NCBI GenBank assembly: GCA_963796285.1
Contig: CAWCKW010000012.1
Coordinates: forward strand, 608,001 to 672,000
DNA from: Nitrospirota bacterium
Lineage (GTDB): Bacteria > Nitrospirota > UBA9217
DNA length: 64,000 nucleotides
Direction: 5' to 3'
Below are positions 9,298 to 21,847 of the stretch, piece by piece. The notes beneath the pieces are model-generated. The model was not told where the DNA came from and did not search any database. It was given only the letters and a program-made list of their open reading frames with translations. The translations under genes were made by a program, and so were the position numbers. The number at the start of each line of letters is the position of its first letter. Position 1 is the stretch's first letter.

Positions 9298-10602
9298 ATG
9301 ATCCCTCGCTACAGCAGACCGGAGATGACCAGCCTCTGGGAACCGGAGAACAGATACCGCGCCTGGCTCGAGGTCGAGATCCTCGCCTGCGAGGCGAACG
9401 CCAAACTGGGACTGATACCGGCACGGGCGCTCTCGACCATCAAGAAAAAAGCGGACTTCAAGGTCAAGCGGATCGATGCCCTTGAAAAGATCGTGAAACA
9501 CGACGTCATCGCCTTTCTCACCGCGATCGGGGAGCAGGTCGGCCCCGATTCCCGCTACATCCATCTCGGTCTCACGTCCTCGGACGTTCTCGATACCTCG
9601 CTCGCGTCGCTCATGCGCAGATCATCTGATATTATTATCGATGATATCCGCCTCCTTCTCAAAACCCTCAAAAAGAAGGCGTTGCAGCATAAAAAGACGG
9701 TCATGATCGGCCGTTCACATGGTGTGCATGCCGAGCCAGTCACGTTCGGTCTCAAGATGGCGCTCTGGTATGAGGAAATGCATCGCGCACTCGAACGCAT
9801 GATGCGCGCACGCGAGGTAATAAGCGTAGGCAAGGTATCGGGCGCAGTCGGCACGTTTGCGAACATCGACCCTTTTGTTGAATCCTACGTCTGTGGCAAG
9901 CTTGGGCTGAAACCCGAACCCGTTGCGACGCAGGTGGTGCAGCGCGACCGGCATGCCGAGTTCCTGACAACCCTCGCGCTTATCGCGTCGTCGATCGAGA
10001 AATTCTCCATTGAGTTGCGTCATCTCCAGCGGACCGAAGTGCTTGAAGCCGAGGAGTACTTCTCGGAAGGGCAGAAGGGTTCGTCCGCCATGCCGCATAA
10101 GAGGAACCCGATCTCCGCCGAGAATCTTTCGGGTCTTGCCCGTGTCGTTCGCGCGAACTCGATCGCTGCCATGGAAAATATTGCACTCTGGCACGAGCGG
10201 GACATCAGCCATTCGTCGGTCGAACGGATCATCATTCCCGACAGTACCATCCTTATTGATTACATGCTTTCTCGGTTCACTACCCTGATAGACAAACTCT
10301 TTGTGTATCCCAAGAACATGCAGCGCAATATGGCGATCTCCAAGGGACTTTTCCATTCAGAGACCGTGATGCTCGCGCTCGTGGAAAAGGGGATTTCGCG
10401 CGAGACCGCCTATTCCACCGTACAACGGAACGCCATGGAGGTGTGGAAGCAGGGCGGCGATTTCAAACAACGGCTGAAGAGCGATCAGGATATTCGAAAG
10501 TACTTGAGCGCCAAAGAGATCGATGATTGCTTTGATCTTTCGCATACGCTCGCGAACGTTGATTTCATTTTTAAGCGTGTTTTTCGGAAAAAGCATAAAT
10601 AA
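9298..10602 (+). CDS. purB: Adenylosuccinate lyase
   Basis: [34 protein letters not shown]. Confidence 0.97.
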   Translation: MIPRYSRPEMTSLWEPENRYRAWLEVEILACEANAKLGLIPARALSTIKKKADFKVKRIDALEKIVKHDVIAFLTAIGEQVGPDSRYIHLGLTSSDVLDTSLASLMRRSSDIIIDDIRLLLKTLKKKALQHKKTVMIGRSHGVHAEPVTFGLKMALWYEEMHRALERMMRAREVISVGKVSGAVGTFANIDPFVESYVCGKLGLKPEPVATQVVQRDRHAEFLTTLALIASSIEKFSIELRHLQRTEVLEAEEYFSEGQKGSSAMPHKRNPISAENLSGLARVVRANSIAAMENIALWHERDISHSSVERIIIPDSTILIDYMLSRFTTLIDKLFVYPKNMQRNMAISKGLFHSETVMLALVEKGISRETAYSTVQRNAMEVWKQGGDFKQRLKSDQDIRKYLSAKEIDDCFDLSHTLANVDFIFKRVFRKKHK

Positions 10603-10603
10603 T

Positions 10604-10678
10604 CTGCCACCGAGGCACGAGGTCACGACGAACGGTTTTTCAGTTCTTCTTCGTGTCATTGCGCCGTTGTGGCGAAAA
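10604..10678. repeat. Imperfect palindromic intergenic element with 8-9-mer arms
   Basis: gccaccgaggcacgaggtcacgacgaa ... ttcttcgtgtcattgcgccgttgtggc. Confidence 0.55.
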
Positions 10679-10694
10679 GGAAGCGATAGTGATT

Positions 10695-12092
10695 ATGTTC
10701 GATAAGTTTCATGAAGAATGCGGTGTATTCGGTATTTTTAACCATCCTGATGCTGCGAACCTTACCTACCTGGGGCTGTACGCACTCCAGCACCGCGGTC
10801 AGGAATCGGCCGGCATCGTGTCGTCAGACGGCAAGCGGCTTTTTGGCGAGAAATCCATGGGTCTCGTGGCGGACATCTTCACGGAGGACCGGATCAAGAA
10901 GCTTCCCGGTCACATGGCCATCGGGCACAACCGCTATTCGACCACCGGCGATAGTATCGCCATAAATATCCAACCCATCCTCGTGAACTTCGCGCTCGGC
11001 GGTCTCGCCCTTGCTCACAACGGCAACCTGGTAAATGCCGGCATCCTCAAGGACGAACTGGAGGCCTACGGCTCCATCTTCCAGTCCACGATGGACAGCG
11101 AGGTGATCATCCACCTCATCGCCCAGTCGCGCATGGCCACCCTGCACGAGCGAATCATCGACGCCCTCAGTCATGTGCAGGGTGCTTACAGTCTGCTCAT
11201 TATAACCGAAGGGGAACTCATTGCTGTACGCGACCCGAACGGGTTCAGACCGCTCTCGCTTGCCGAGCTCGACGAGGGGTATGTGGTCGCTTCCGAGACC
11301 TGCGCCTTTGACCTGATCGAGGCAACCTATATCCGCGATGTCGCACCCGGCGAGATGGTCGTGATCAACAGCACGGGCATCCACTCATCGTTCCCCTTCC
11401 GACCCGCGGAGCCGTCCCATTGTATTTTCGAGTTCATCTATTTTGCCAGACCCGATAGCATGGTCTTCGGCCAGAACGTGTATACCATCAGGAAGAATTT
11501 CGGCAGACAGCTGGCCCGCGAGACTGGTATCGAGGCAGACGTCGTGATCCCGGTCCCTGATTCCGGTGTGCCGGCGGCCCTGGGATATGCCGAAGAGGCG
11601 GGGATCCCCTTTGATACCGGCCTGATCAGGAACCACTATGTAGGCCGCACCTTCATCGAGCCCCGCCAGACCATCAGGCACTTCGGGGTAAAGATCAAGC
11701 TCAACCCGGTAAGGGATGCCCTCAAGGGCAAACGCGTGGTCGTGGTGGACGATTCCATCGTGCGCGGCACCACAAGCAAGAAGATCATCAAGATGATCAG
11801 GAACGCCGGCGCTAAAGAGATCCATATGCGCATCAGCTCTCCGCCGACCTCCTACCCGTGCTACTATGGCATTGATACTCCAACGAGACAGGAACTCATT
11901 GCATCAACGCACAGTATCGAAGAGATCAGGAAGTACATTACTGCCGACACAATTGGATATATCAGTTTGGACGGTATTCAGAAAGTAGTGCCGCACCGCA
12001 TGAATTACTGCTCCGCCTGTTTCGACGGGGAGTATCCAGTGCCGTTTCCCGGCGAGAGGATGCTGCAGTTGGGGTTGTTTGATAAAGAATAA
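10695..12092 (+). CDS. purF: Amidophosphoribosyltransferase
   Basis: Propeptide then CGVFG, QHRGQE, PRPP site [12 protein letters not shown], Fe-S Cys. Confidence 0.97.
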   Translation: MFDKFHEECGVFGIFNHPDAANLTYLGLYALQHRGQESAGIVSSDGKRLFGEKSMGLVADIFTEDRIKKLPGHMAIGHNRYSTTGDSIAINIQPILVNFALGGLALAHNGNLVNAGILKDELEAYGSIFQSTMDSEVIIHLIAQSRMATLHERIIDALSHVQGAYSLLIITEGELIAVRDPNGFRPLSLAELDEGYVVASETCAFDLIEATYIRDVAPGEMVVINSTGIHSSFPFRPAEPSHCIFEFIYFARPDSMVFGQNVYTIRKNFGRQLARETGIEADVVIPVPDSGVPAALGYAEEAGIPFDTGLIRNHYVGRTFIEPRQTIRHFGVKIKLNPVRDALKGKRVVVVDDSIVRGTTSKKIIKMIRNAGAKEIHMRISSPPTSYPCYYGIDTPTRQELIASTHSIEEIRKYITADTIGYISLDGIQKVVPHRMNYCSACFDGEYPVPFPGERMLQLGLFDKE

Positions 12093-12219
12093 GGACGGCA
12101 GGTTCTCTATATAAAACACCAAATTTTCAAATAATGCACCATGAATACAATCCAAACGCGTTTCGATAGTTGTATGCTTAGTTTGTTCGAGGATATAATT
12201 TATAATTGTTGGCAGGAAA

Positions 12220-12295
12220 TGGTGCCGAGGCGCAGAATTGAACTGCGGACACGAGGCTTTTCAGGCCTCTGCTCTACCAACTGAGCTACCTCGGC
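12220..12295 (-). tRNA. tRNA-Phe (GAA)
   Basis: GCCGAGGTAGCTCAGTTGGTAGAGCAGAGGCCTGAAAAGCCTCGTGTCCGCAGTTCAATTCTGCGCCTCGGCACCA; cloverleaf, anticodon GAA, encoded CCA. Confidence 0.97.
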
Positions 12296-12698
12296 ATTTT
12301 TAACAACAACTCACTCACGGCAGGACGGTAAAATAGCAGAGTAGTGGGTTGATTGTCAAGCGATTTTTCTTTTGCTGATGAAAAAGGTAAAAGGTATCGC
12401 CCGGATCCGGTTGTCGTCAAGATAAGCTGTACAGCAAAAGGTTTTATTGCTGCGGCTCTGACGCACCTCGCTATCCCCGTCAGCAGCCTGTTTATCATTT
12501 CCGTTTTCATTAAGAAGCATACCGAGGTCCGTTTCACTTGTAGTTTCAGTCTGTTTCCAATCCACGTTCAGTTTCTCCATAACCGTTGTTTTGCGCTTAC
12601 CCATTGAGTTGCACTTCGACAAAAAAGTATTACCTTGACTTTAGTTGCCATTGTTTGGTAAAATTTCTTCTATCAGTTTGATATGACAAGCAAATTCA

Positions 12699-14447
12699 AT
12701 GGATAAAGAGACCTCCGAAATAGCCAAGTTAACGGGGCGTATTTCGCAAGACCCTAAGTCAAAGCTTTTTGTTCCGCTTGCGGAAGAATACAAAAAAGCT
12801 GGAGACCTGGAGATGGCTATCCATGTACTTTTGGAGGGGCTCAAAAACAATCCAGATTATGTAACGGCCCGGTCATACCTCGGCAAGCTTTTGCTTGTAA
12901 AAGGAGATCTGGCTGGTGCGCAAAAAGAATTTGAAGAGGTCGTAAAACACATACCTGACAATCCTATGGCCCAGAAAAAGCTGGGCGATCTTTTTATTAT
13001 TCAGCATAGGCCGCAGGATGCGCTTCCGCATTATAAAACCGCATTCTCTCAAAACCCCAATGATGAAGAGTTGGCTTCCCTGATTTCAGACCTTGAAGCT
13101 GGCGGGGATGTCAGTTCAAGAATCCAATTGACTGAGGCGAAGAAAAAAGCCGGGCAGGCGGAAAGACAGGTGCCGCCCGCTACACTGTCTGCCCGTGAAC
13201 CTGCGTCTGCGCTCGCTCCTGCCCCGGTATCACAAGCTGAACCCCTGACTCAGATTGGAATTCCGCCAGAGTCTCAGGAGTTGTCACCTGCGCCGTTTGC
13301 AGAATCGGCACGTGCGTCCGTTTCTTCGGTTATGGAAACAGAAGAACCGGAAGAGGTTCTGATCGTGGAACCGCTTGAGCCGGAGATCACCTGGACGGAA
13401 CCGCCGGTGAGCGGTTTTGATCTTTCAGGGGAACAAGCAAGCGAAGCAGTACCCGTGATTTCCGCAGAAGAACGTCACGACGTTGCAGTCTCGGTACCCA
13501 ATCACGTTCAGGATGAGCCGGCTGTCAGCGAAGACATTCCTCTCGAAACTGATCTATTCACATTTGAAGACACGGAGAAAACCCACGCGGGTATTTTTGA
13601 GGAAACAGCCGCGGACAAGATCAATGACGCTGCGTACGGTGAGGAGATCACTGAAAAGTTCCCGGAAGTAACTCTGGAAGAAGTTTCGGAAAAATCAGAT
13701 GACTTCACGACCGATACCCTTGCAGAACTTTATATCGCCCAGGGTTTCTTCGAAAAGGCCATTGAAATATACGAGCGGATGCTCGCAGATAATCCGAACA
13801 GCCGGGGGCTGAAGGACAAGCTGGCAAGGGTGAGGGCCGCAGGATCACAGCCTGGTATTCCCTCAGCTGAGGGGGAAAAGGAACCGGCCGGTCACGCTGG
13901 ACAAGAAGTCGGGGAACACGGAGCTGTTGCTGAAGTCGGTGAAATTGCAGGCGAGCCGTCGATTTTCGATGAGCTGGAAGGACCCTGGCCGAAACAAGAG
14001 TCGGAAACAGAGGACGTGATGCCTGAGGTTGTCCCTGAGGCCAGGGGACATGTCCCGACAGCCGTACCGGAAGAAATAACGACCAAAGCCGGGGATTTAG
14101 AGGCGCCGGGTGAATATAAACCAGGAGAAACATCACCGGTAGAAGATCTTTTTGCCGAATCCAGGGAGTATAAACCTGCACCGGAGATAACAGAACATCC
14201 GGCAGCAGGGGGAGCTGAACGGTTTGACGGGGTGTCGGCCGAGACAGGTGAGCAAGGGCAGGCCCAGCCAAAGCCGCAGTTTCTCGATTTTGAACCGCAG
14301 GAGTATATTCATCCTCAAACGGAGCACGGATCCCTGAAACCGACTGCTGAAAAAGTGCACGCAACAGCTAAAGCCGCTACTGTCGGGCGCAATGAAGCAA
14401 TTGCGCGTTTGGAAACATGGCTCACTAATATCAAGAAGGAGAAATAA
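12699..14447 (+). CDS. TPR-repeat protein with long acidic Pro/Glu-rich disordered linkers
   Basis: N-terminal TPRs (FVPLAEEYKKAG...), internal TLAELYIAQGFFEKAIEIY TPR, C-terminal IARLETWLTNI helix. Confidence 0.85.
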   Translation: MDKETSEIAKLTGRISQDPKSKLFVPLAEEYKKAGDLEMAIHVLLEGLKNNPDYVTARSYLGKLLLVKGDLAGAQKEFEEVVKHIPDNPMAQKKLGDLFIIQHRPQDALPHYKTAFSQNPNDEELASLISDLEAGGDVSSRIQLTEAKKKAGQAERQVPPATLSAREPASALAPAPVSQAEPLTQIGIPPESQELSPAPFAESARASVSSVMETEEPEEVLIVEPLEPEITWTEPPVSGFDLSGEQASEAVPVISAEERHDVAVSVPNHVQDEPAVSEDIPLETDLFTFEDTEKTHAGIFEETAADKINDAAYGEEITEKFPEVTLEEVSEKSDDFTTDTLAELYIAQGFFEKAIEIYERMLADNPNSRGLKDKLARVRAAGSQPGIPSAEGEKEPAGHAGQEVGEHGAVAEVGEIAGEPSIFDELEGPWPKQESETEDVMPEVVPEARGHVPTAVPEEITTKAGDLEAPGEYKPGETSPVEDLFAESREYKPAPEITEHPAAGGAERFDGVSAETGEQGQAQPKPQFLDFEPQEYIHPQTEHGSLKPTAEKVHATAKAATVGRNEAIARLETWLTNIKKEK

Positions 14448-14804
14448 ATGCCCTTTTCCGAAATTCTGAAGGAAGTAGTCAATGGTACGGAAGGCGCCAT
14501 TGGCGCGCTGATCGTGGGTCTTGACGGCATTCCTGTTGAAGAGTTCGCCGTGAACAGAGAAATGGACATTCAGGCAATGACCGTTGAATTCTCGTCGCTC
14601 CTTAAGGAAATAGAGAAAGGCTCCCAAGCCGCGCAGATGGGATCAACCAAGGAGGTGACGGTCATCTCGGACAACGCCATGATCATGCTGCGCAGGCTGA
14701 ATGATGAATATTTCTTTGTCTTGGTCATCAAACCCGATGGAAATTTCGGCAAAGGGAGATTTCTCCTTCGTATGTCGGTGCCGAGGCTGCTCAAAGAGTT
14801 CTGA
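14448..14804 (+). CDS. Roadblock/LC7 domain protein (MglB/MglC-like)
   Basis: [24 protein letters not shown]; 118 aa. Confidence 0.85.
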   Translation: MPFSEILKEVVNGTEGAIGALIVGLDGIPVEEFAVNREMDIQAMTVEFSSLLKEIEKGSQAAQMGSTKEVTVISDNAMIMLRRLNDEYFFVLVIKPDGNFGKGRFLLRMSVPRLLKEF

Positions 14805-14880
14805 AAAAATTGTCGTTTATCTGCAATGCGGTCGTTCCATAAACTGCCTCGGGCAGTTTTTTATTTTGTACGGGGGAAGC

Positions 14881-15331
14881 ATGAAAATCCTGGTCATTCA
14901 CGGGCCCAATCTGAATCTCCTTGGTAAGCGTGAGCCGGATATCTACGGCTCATTCACCCTTGACGATATCAACAATCGGCTTGCGGCGCTTGCCGTCGAG
15001 CTCGGCGTTGAGCGTGTCGTTCTATCAATCGAATCATGAGGGAGAACTGGTCCAGAAGATCCAGGACGCCATGGGCGTCTATCAGGCCATTGTAATAAAT
15101 CCGGGCGCGTATACTCACACGAGCGTTGCACTTCGTGATGCGATCGCATCCTCCGGTATTCCGACCGTGGAAGCGCACATCTCCAATATCTATAAGCGTG
15201 AGGAGTTCCGCAAGCATTCGTACATCTCCGGCGTGGCCATAGGGCAGATCACCGGCTTTGGGGCTGACAGCTACCTCCTCGCATTGAGAGCAGCGGTCGG
15301 GTCCGGGAAGGCGAGCGGGAGCAGCAAGTGA
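14881..15331 (+). CDS. aroQ: Type II 3-dehydroquinate dehydratase (frameshift near 15012)
   Basis: [17 protein letters not shown] in one frame; [22 protein letters not shown] and HISN in the next. Confidence 0.93.
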
Positions 15332-16414
15332 TCCGGAGGCCGGAACAGGACCGTCTTGCCGGGCTCAGGCAGCTCATGAGCGAGAGCGGAGTCGATTCGC
15401 TTCTCGTGAACCGGCGCGAAGATGTCCGCTATTTAAGCGGTTTTACCGGGTCCTCCGGTACCCTGCTGGTCACTTCCGATCGAGCATGTCTGATCACCGA
15501 TTTCCGCTATAAGGTGCAGGCCCGCGGTGAAACGACCGGTATCACAATCCTGATCCAAAAAAAAGATTATTTTGCGGCCGTTCGTGATGCCGAGGAACGA
15601 ATGGATGTGGACACACTCTGGTTTGATGAGTCGGCGATCACTGTCGAAGGGCTCAAAAATTTTAAAAAAAAGGGGTTCAAGATCAAGGGACACCGTGATC
15701 TTGTCATGACCCTGAGGCAGCAGAAAGACAAACAGGAGCTTGCGAACATCCGCACGGCCATTCGCCGTTCTGAGGAAGCGTTCCGGGAGTTAAAGGCGGA
15801 TATTCATCCAGGCGCCACGGAACGGGAGCTCGGTTTGAAACTTGAATATCTGATAAGGGAAAAAGGTTCCCGCAGGGCGGCCTTTGATATCATAGTGGCT
15901 TCCGGCGTTCACGGTGCCATGCCCCATGCCGCGGTCACAAACCGCCGCATAAAAAAAGGTGACCTGATCACATTCGACTTCGGCGCCGAGGCGAATGGAT
16001 ATTACAGTGATATGACAAGGACCATCTGTGTCGGGCGGCCATCTGCACGACAGCGGGAGATCCATGGGATTGTCCTGCAGGCCCAGGCAGCAGCGATCAA
16101 GAGCGTCAGGGCCGGCATTCCGTGCAAATCCGTCGATAACGCCGCACGGGAGGTCATCAAAAGGACCGGATATGGCAGGCACTTCGGTCATGGCACCGGG
16201 CACGGCATCGGGCTCATGGTCCATGAAGGGCCGTCTGTCTCTCCTCTGTCCGGTGATACGGTAAAAAAGAACATGGTGTTCACCGTCGAGCCCGGCGTGT
16301 ATATTCCCGGTTGGGGCGGGGTCCGGATTGAAGACATGGTCCAGGTGACGGAGACCGGCGCAAAGGTGATGACCATCGCTGCCCCGGGAGCTGGAGGGCT
16401 TACGGAGTCTCTAG
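15328..16414 (+). CDS. Xaa-Pro aminopeptidase (M24); true end probably 16414 after an indel near 16376
   Basis: YLSGFTGSSG, DFGA, YYSDMTRT, HGTGHGIG, VEPGVY, GVRIED. Confidence 0.92.
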
Positions 16415-16416
16415 GT

Positions 16417-16551
16417 TCTGACCCCGATAAGCCGGAACTGAAAATAGAACCCACAAGGCATTTCGCGCAAAGCCGCAAAGGACGCAAAGGAAATCCTAAA
16501 TCTTGGTTTGAAAACTAATTCAAAACGTTGTTCAGGTTTATCCGAATTAGA
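16417..16551. repeat. MITE-like element with imperfect ~21-nt terminal inverted repeats
   Basis: Left end ctgaccccgataagccggaac; reverse complement of right end ctaattcggataaacctgaac; internal (CGCAAAG)3. Confidence 0.6.
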
Positions 16552-16601
16552 GTCTTCAGATTTATTAAATTAATCGTCACACGAAAGGGAGGTAGTACGA
16601 A

Positions 16602-17169
16602 GTGCCGGTATCTACAACAGAGTTTAGAAATGGTTTAAAAATCGAGATCGATGGTGAGCCCTATGTGATCGTGGAGTTTCAGCATGTGAAGCCCGGCAAG
16701 GGCGGGGCATTTGTGAGGACCAAGTTCAAAAGCCTCAAATCGGGTAACGTTACCGACAAAACATTCAGGGCGGGTGAAAAAGTCGACGTCCCCGATCTAG
16801 AGGAAAAGACCATGCAGTACCTGTATGGGGCTGACAAGGACCGCGTGTTCATGGATACGACCACGCTACGAGCAGGTATCCCTGAATGAAAAGCAGCTCG
16901 GCGACAGCATCAATTATTTGAAAGAGAATATGGAGATCAAGGTCCTCTACCACAAGGGGATGCCCATCAACATTGATGTGCCCATGTTCGTGGAGCTTGC
17001 GATCGCCAGGACCGACCCGGGCGTACGCGGCGACACTGCTTCGGGTGGGTCCAAACCGGCTACGCTGGAGACCGGCGCTGTGGTCAAGGTGCCGCTTTAC
17101 ATGAACGAGGGAGACGTCATCAAGGTCGACACGCGCACGGGCACCTTTATCGAGCGGGTCAAGAAATAG
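16602..17169 (+). CDS. efp: Elongation factor P (frameshift near 16866)
   Basis: [12 protein letters not shown], then [27 protein letters not shown]. Confidence 0.95.
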
Positions 17170-17211
17170 CCCTGATCACCATCACACCAGCGACATGGAA
17201 AAGGAGTAATC

Positions 17212-17689
<478 letters not shown>

Positions 17690-17747
17690 GACTGCAATTC
17701 ACCAATGAAAATGCGACATGATAACTAAATGGGGTTGAGGTGAATGA

Positions 17748-19085
17748 GTGTTTAAAAAAATATTGATCGCCAACCGCGGTGAGATCGCACTCCGCGTCAT
17801 CCGGGCATGCAAGGAGATGGGCATCAAGACCGTTGCCGTGCATTCCACCGCGGACGCAAACTCGCTGCACGTGCGTTTTGCGGATGAGAGCGTGTGCATC
17901 GGCCCGCCGAAGAGCTCGGACAGTTATCTGAATGTGCCGAGCATCATCAGCGCCGCCGAGATCACCGATGCCGAGGCCATTCACCCCGGGTACGGCTTTC
18001 TGGCGGAGAACTCGAGTTTCGCCGAGATCTGCAACTCCACGGGGATCCGTTTCATCGGACCGAGCCCCGAAAGCATCAAGCAGATGGGAGACAAGGCCAG
18101 GGCGCGGGAAACGGCGCAGAAAGCGGGAGTCCCCGTGCTGCCGGGCAGCAATGGCGTGGTGACCGAGGAAAGCAGCGCCATTGAGATCGCGCGGGAGCTC
18201 GGATTTCCGGTGATCGTCAAGGCCGCCGCGGGCGGGGGCGGCAAAGGGCATGCGCGTGGTGATGGAAGAGTCTGAATTCGCCAATGCCTTTGTCATGGCC
18301 CAGACCGAGGCGCTTGCGGCGTTCAGCAACGCCGACGTCTACATCGAAAAGTATATCCTTCAGCCGCGTCATATCGAGATGCAGATCATCGCCGATGAAA
18401 AGGGAAACACCGTCTACCTTGGCGAACGCGAATGCTCGATCCAGCGGCGGCACCAGAAGCTCATCGAGGAAGCCCCCTCCGTCATAGTCGACGAAAGCCT
18501 GCGAAAACAGATGGGCGAGATGGCCGTTGCTATTGCCAGGTCCGTGAAGTATCGGAACGCAGGCACCATCGAGTTCCTGATGGACGAGAACGCAAAATAC
18601 TACTTTATGGAGATGAATACCCGTATCCAGGTGGAGCACCCCGTGACCGAAATGGTGACGGGAATCGACCTCGTGAAAGAGCAGATCCGGGTGGCGGCCG
18701 GACTGCCGCTTTCGTTCACCCAGCGTGATATCAGGATCAAAGGACACAGCATCGAATGCAGGATCAACGCCGAAGACCCGGAAAAGTTCACCCCCTCTCC
18801 CGGAACGATCACCGCGTTCAATCCTCCGGGGGGCCTCGGCGTACGGGTGGAAACCGCCGCATACACGCAGTACGTGATCCCGCCCTATTATGATTCGATG
18901 ATCGCAAAGCTGGTCGTGCATGCGGAGACGAGGGCTGATGCGATCATGAGGATGCAGCGTGCACTGAACGAGTTCATCATCGAAGGGGTGAAGACCACGA
19001 TCCCCATGCACAAAAAAATCCTCGACGACCCGGATTTCCAGAAGGGCGATATTTCCACGAAGTTCATGGAGCGGTACAATAGACC
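17748..19085 (+). CDS. accC: Biotin carboxylase (frameshift near 18248; exact stop obscured)
   Basis: [59 protein letters not shown]. Confidence 0.95.
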
Positions 19086-19092
19086 CGGCGCA

Positions 19093-19721
19093 AGTGATAT
19101 CGGAGGGCTCTGCCTGATCCTCGATCAGGACCTGCTCCGCGTCGACCCGGTGCAGGCGATGCAGCAGGCGCTCGACGCCGGGGTGACGTTTTTCCAATAT
19201 CGGAACAAGAGACGGCGCGAGGAAGGGCATCTATGAAACTGCATTGATGCTTGCCCGGATCGCCAGGAACGCACAGGCGCGTTTCATTGTCAATGACCAT
19301 GCCGACATCGCGGCGGCAGTTGATGCTGACGGCGTGCACCTTGGGCAGGACGACCTCCCGGTCGAATTCGCGCGAAGACTGCTTGGCAAGGACAAACTCA
19401 TCGGGATCTCGACCCATAGCCTTGAGCAGGCCGTCGCAGCAGAGGCTGCGGGCGCGGACTACATCGGGTTCGGCCCCATCTTTCCAACAGTCGACTAAGG
19501 ATGCGGGGCAAACGCAGGGAATCCGGAATCTATCGATCATAAAGCAGACTGTCACCCTCCCTGTCATAGCAATTGGCGGGATCAAACACTCGAATGTTCG
19601 GGATGTCATCTTGTCCGGTGCGGACGGGGTCGCGGTTATCAGCGCAATCTTGTCGGCCGGGAACATCGCAACAGCTGCCGGGAATATATTGAGATCAATT
19701 TCAGATGTCAGGAGAGAATGA
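19093..19721 (+). CDS. thiE: Thiamine phosphate synthase (several indels)
   Basis: [45 protein letters not shown]. Confidence 0.88.
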
Positions 19722-20824
19722 ATGAAACGATTTATGTATATCGCGTCAACGTTGTTCATCTTGATGGCGGGTTGTACCCGCCAGGATGAGAATGTGATCA
19801 GGATAGGCGCGGCCGGTCCCATGACCGGGGACCAGAGCAAGATGGGATAGACCTCAGGAATTCGCGTTGAGCTTGCCGTGGCCGAATGGAACGAAAAGGG
19901 CGGCGTACTGGGGAAGAAGATCGTGCTGCTCTCCGCCGATGATCAGGCGGACCCGAAACAGGCAGTATCCATCGCGAACAAGCTGATCAACCAGAAGGCC
20001 GTTGCGCTCGTAGGCCACTGGAATTCGAGCTGTTCCATCCCCGCGTCGAAGTACTATCAAGACGCGAACATGGTCATGATCTCTCCAGCCACAACGAATC
20101 CCCAACTTACGCTTCAGGGCTTCAAGAACGTTTTTCGCGTATGCGGCACCGATGACCAGCAGGGCAAAATAGCCGCGGAATTTGTTCTGAAGACCCTCCG
20201 TCCAAAAAAAATAGCGATCATCCACGACAAGACCGCCTACGGCCAAGGGTTGGCTGATTATTTCAAACGTGCGCTTGGCGACCAGTGTGCAGGTCGTCTA
20301 TTATGGCGGCATCATCCAGCGGGATCCTGATTATAAAGCAGTGCTCACGACCATCAAACAGAGCGAATCCTGAGCTTTATTTCTTCGGCGGCATCTATCC
20401 CGAGGCCGGCAGGCTGGTGCGCCAGGCAAAGGAGATCGGCATGAACATCCCCATGATCACCGGTGATGGCGTGTATGATCCGACATTCATCAATATTGCG
20501 GGAAAATCAGCCGAAGGGACCTATGTGACCTTCGGTGAGGAGCCGGCAGGGCTTCCATCGGCAAAGTCATTCATGGAAAAATACAAAGCCAAATACGGCG
20601 ATCCGGGCCCGTACTCGATCTATGCATATGATGCCGCGAATATCATTCTGACCGCCATAGCTGAAACCAGGAACACGGATGGATCGAAAATGGCGGAGTA
20701 TATTTCCAAGACCATCTTCCACGGTGCTTTTGGCGACATCTCTTTTGACAAGAACGGCGACGTAACAAAGGCTCCCTATGTGATCTGGCAGGTCAAGGGC
20801 GGAAAATTCGTGGAAATAAAGTAG
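19722..20824 (+). CDS. livK: Branched-chain amino acid ABC transporter substrate-binding lipoprotein (indels)
   Basis: Lipobox MAGC, IGAAGPMTG, DDQADPKQA, GHWNSS, TDDQQG, HDKTAYGQG, YAYDA. Confidence 0.88.
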
Positions 20825-20840
20825 GACGGATCATCATCCC

Positions 20841-21742
20841 ATGTTTACCCAGCAGCTCATAAACGGCCTTGCGCTCGGCGCGGTATACGCACTTATCGCG
20901 CTCGGGTATACCATGGTCTACGGCATCCTCCAGCTCATCAACTTTGCCCACGGCGAGATCTATATGCTCGGGGCGTACCTGGGTATCATTGTCCTCGGTG
21001 CCTTGACCTATCTGGGACTTACCGCATACAGCCTGCCGTTGTCACTTTTGATCACGGTAATCATATCTATGGTCTTCTGCGCTGCCTACGGCGCGGTCAT
21101 TGAACGCGTTGCCTACCGTCCGCTCAGGAATGCATCAAAGCTTGCGCCGCTTATCAGCGCGGTGGGATGTCGATCATTCTTCAGAATTTTGTGATGCTTG
21201 CCCAGGGAAAGGAATATAAGAACCTGCCTCCCATGCTTCCCTCGCAAGGCGTGATCATCTTCGGCGCCAATGTCTCGCCGGTACAGGTCTTTATCCTGAG
21301 CGCATCGGTCCTGATCATGGTAGGTCTCCAATTCTTTGTGTCGAGAACGCGGCTCGGCAAGGCCATGCGAGCTACTTCGCAGGACCGGGTCATGGCCGGC
21401 CTGGTGGGCATCAATATCAACCAGGTCATTTCCATCACCTTCATGATCGGTTCGTCTCTTGCCGCCGTTGCGGGGGTGATGGTGACGCTCTATTACGGGG
21501 TGGTGCATTTCTTCATGGGCTATCTGGCGGGCATCAAGGCATTCACCGCGGCGGTGCTTGGCGGGATCGGCAGCATACCCGGGGCGATGCTCGGCGGATT
21601 CATGCTCGGTCTCATCGAGAACTTCGGTGCGAGCTATATTTCGAGCGTGTATAAAGATGCTTTTGCTTTCCTCGTTCTTATCATCACCCTTATTATCCGT
21701 CCTGCAGGACTGCTGGGACAAAAGTCCGTGGATAAGGTGTGA
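20841..21742 (+). CDS. livH: Branched-chain amino acid ABC permease (frameshift near 21165)
   Basis: QQLINGL, YALIALGYTMVYGILQLINFAHGE, KAFTAAVLGGIGS. Confidence 0.92.
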
Positions 21743-21847
21743 CAAGAATCGGCTGTCCGGCAGTCGATGGTCAAGAGCATTGTCTGAATCATCTTAAAGT
21801 TGACCGACGGCTGTTGAATATCGAATTATTCAATCTAGGAGGTTTCC

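Noticed and set aside
16376-16518. C-terminal extension of the Xaa-Pro peptidase
   Set aside because: Removing one base restores a typical SLPREL end with a stop at 16414; the extension reads through a repeat element.
18250-19721. Apparent AccC-ThiE fusion
   Set aside because: The region has several indels and thiE itself is broken twice; two adjacent genes with a corrupted junction is more likely. Not resolvable without reads.
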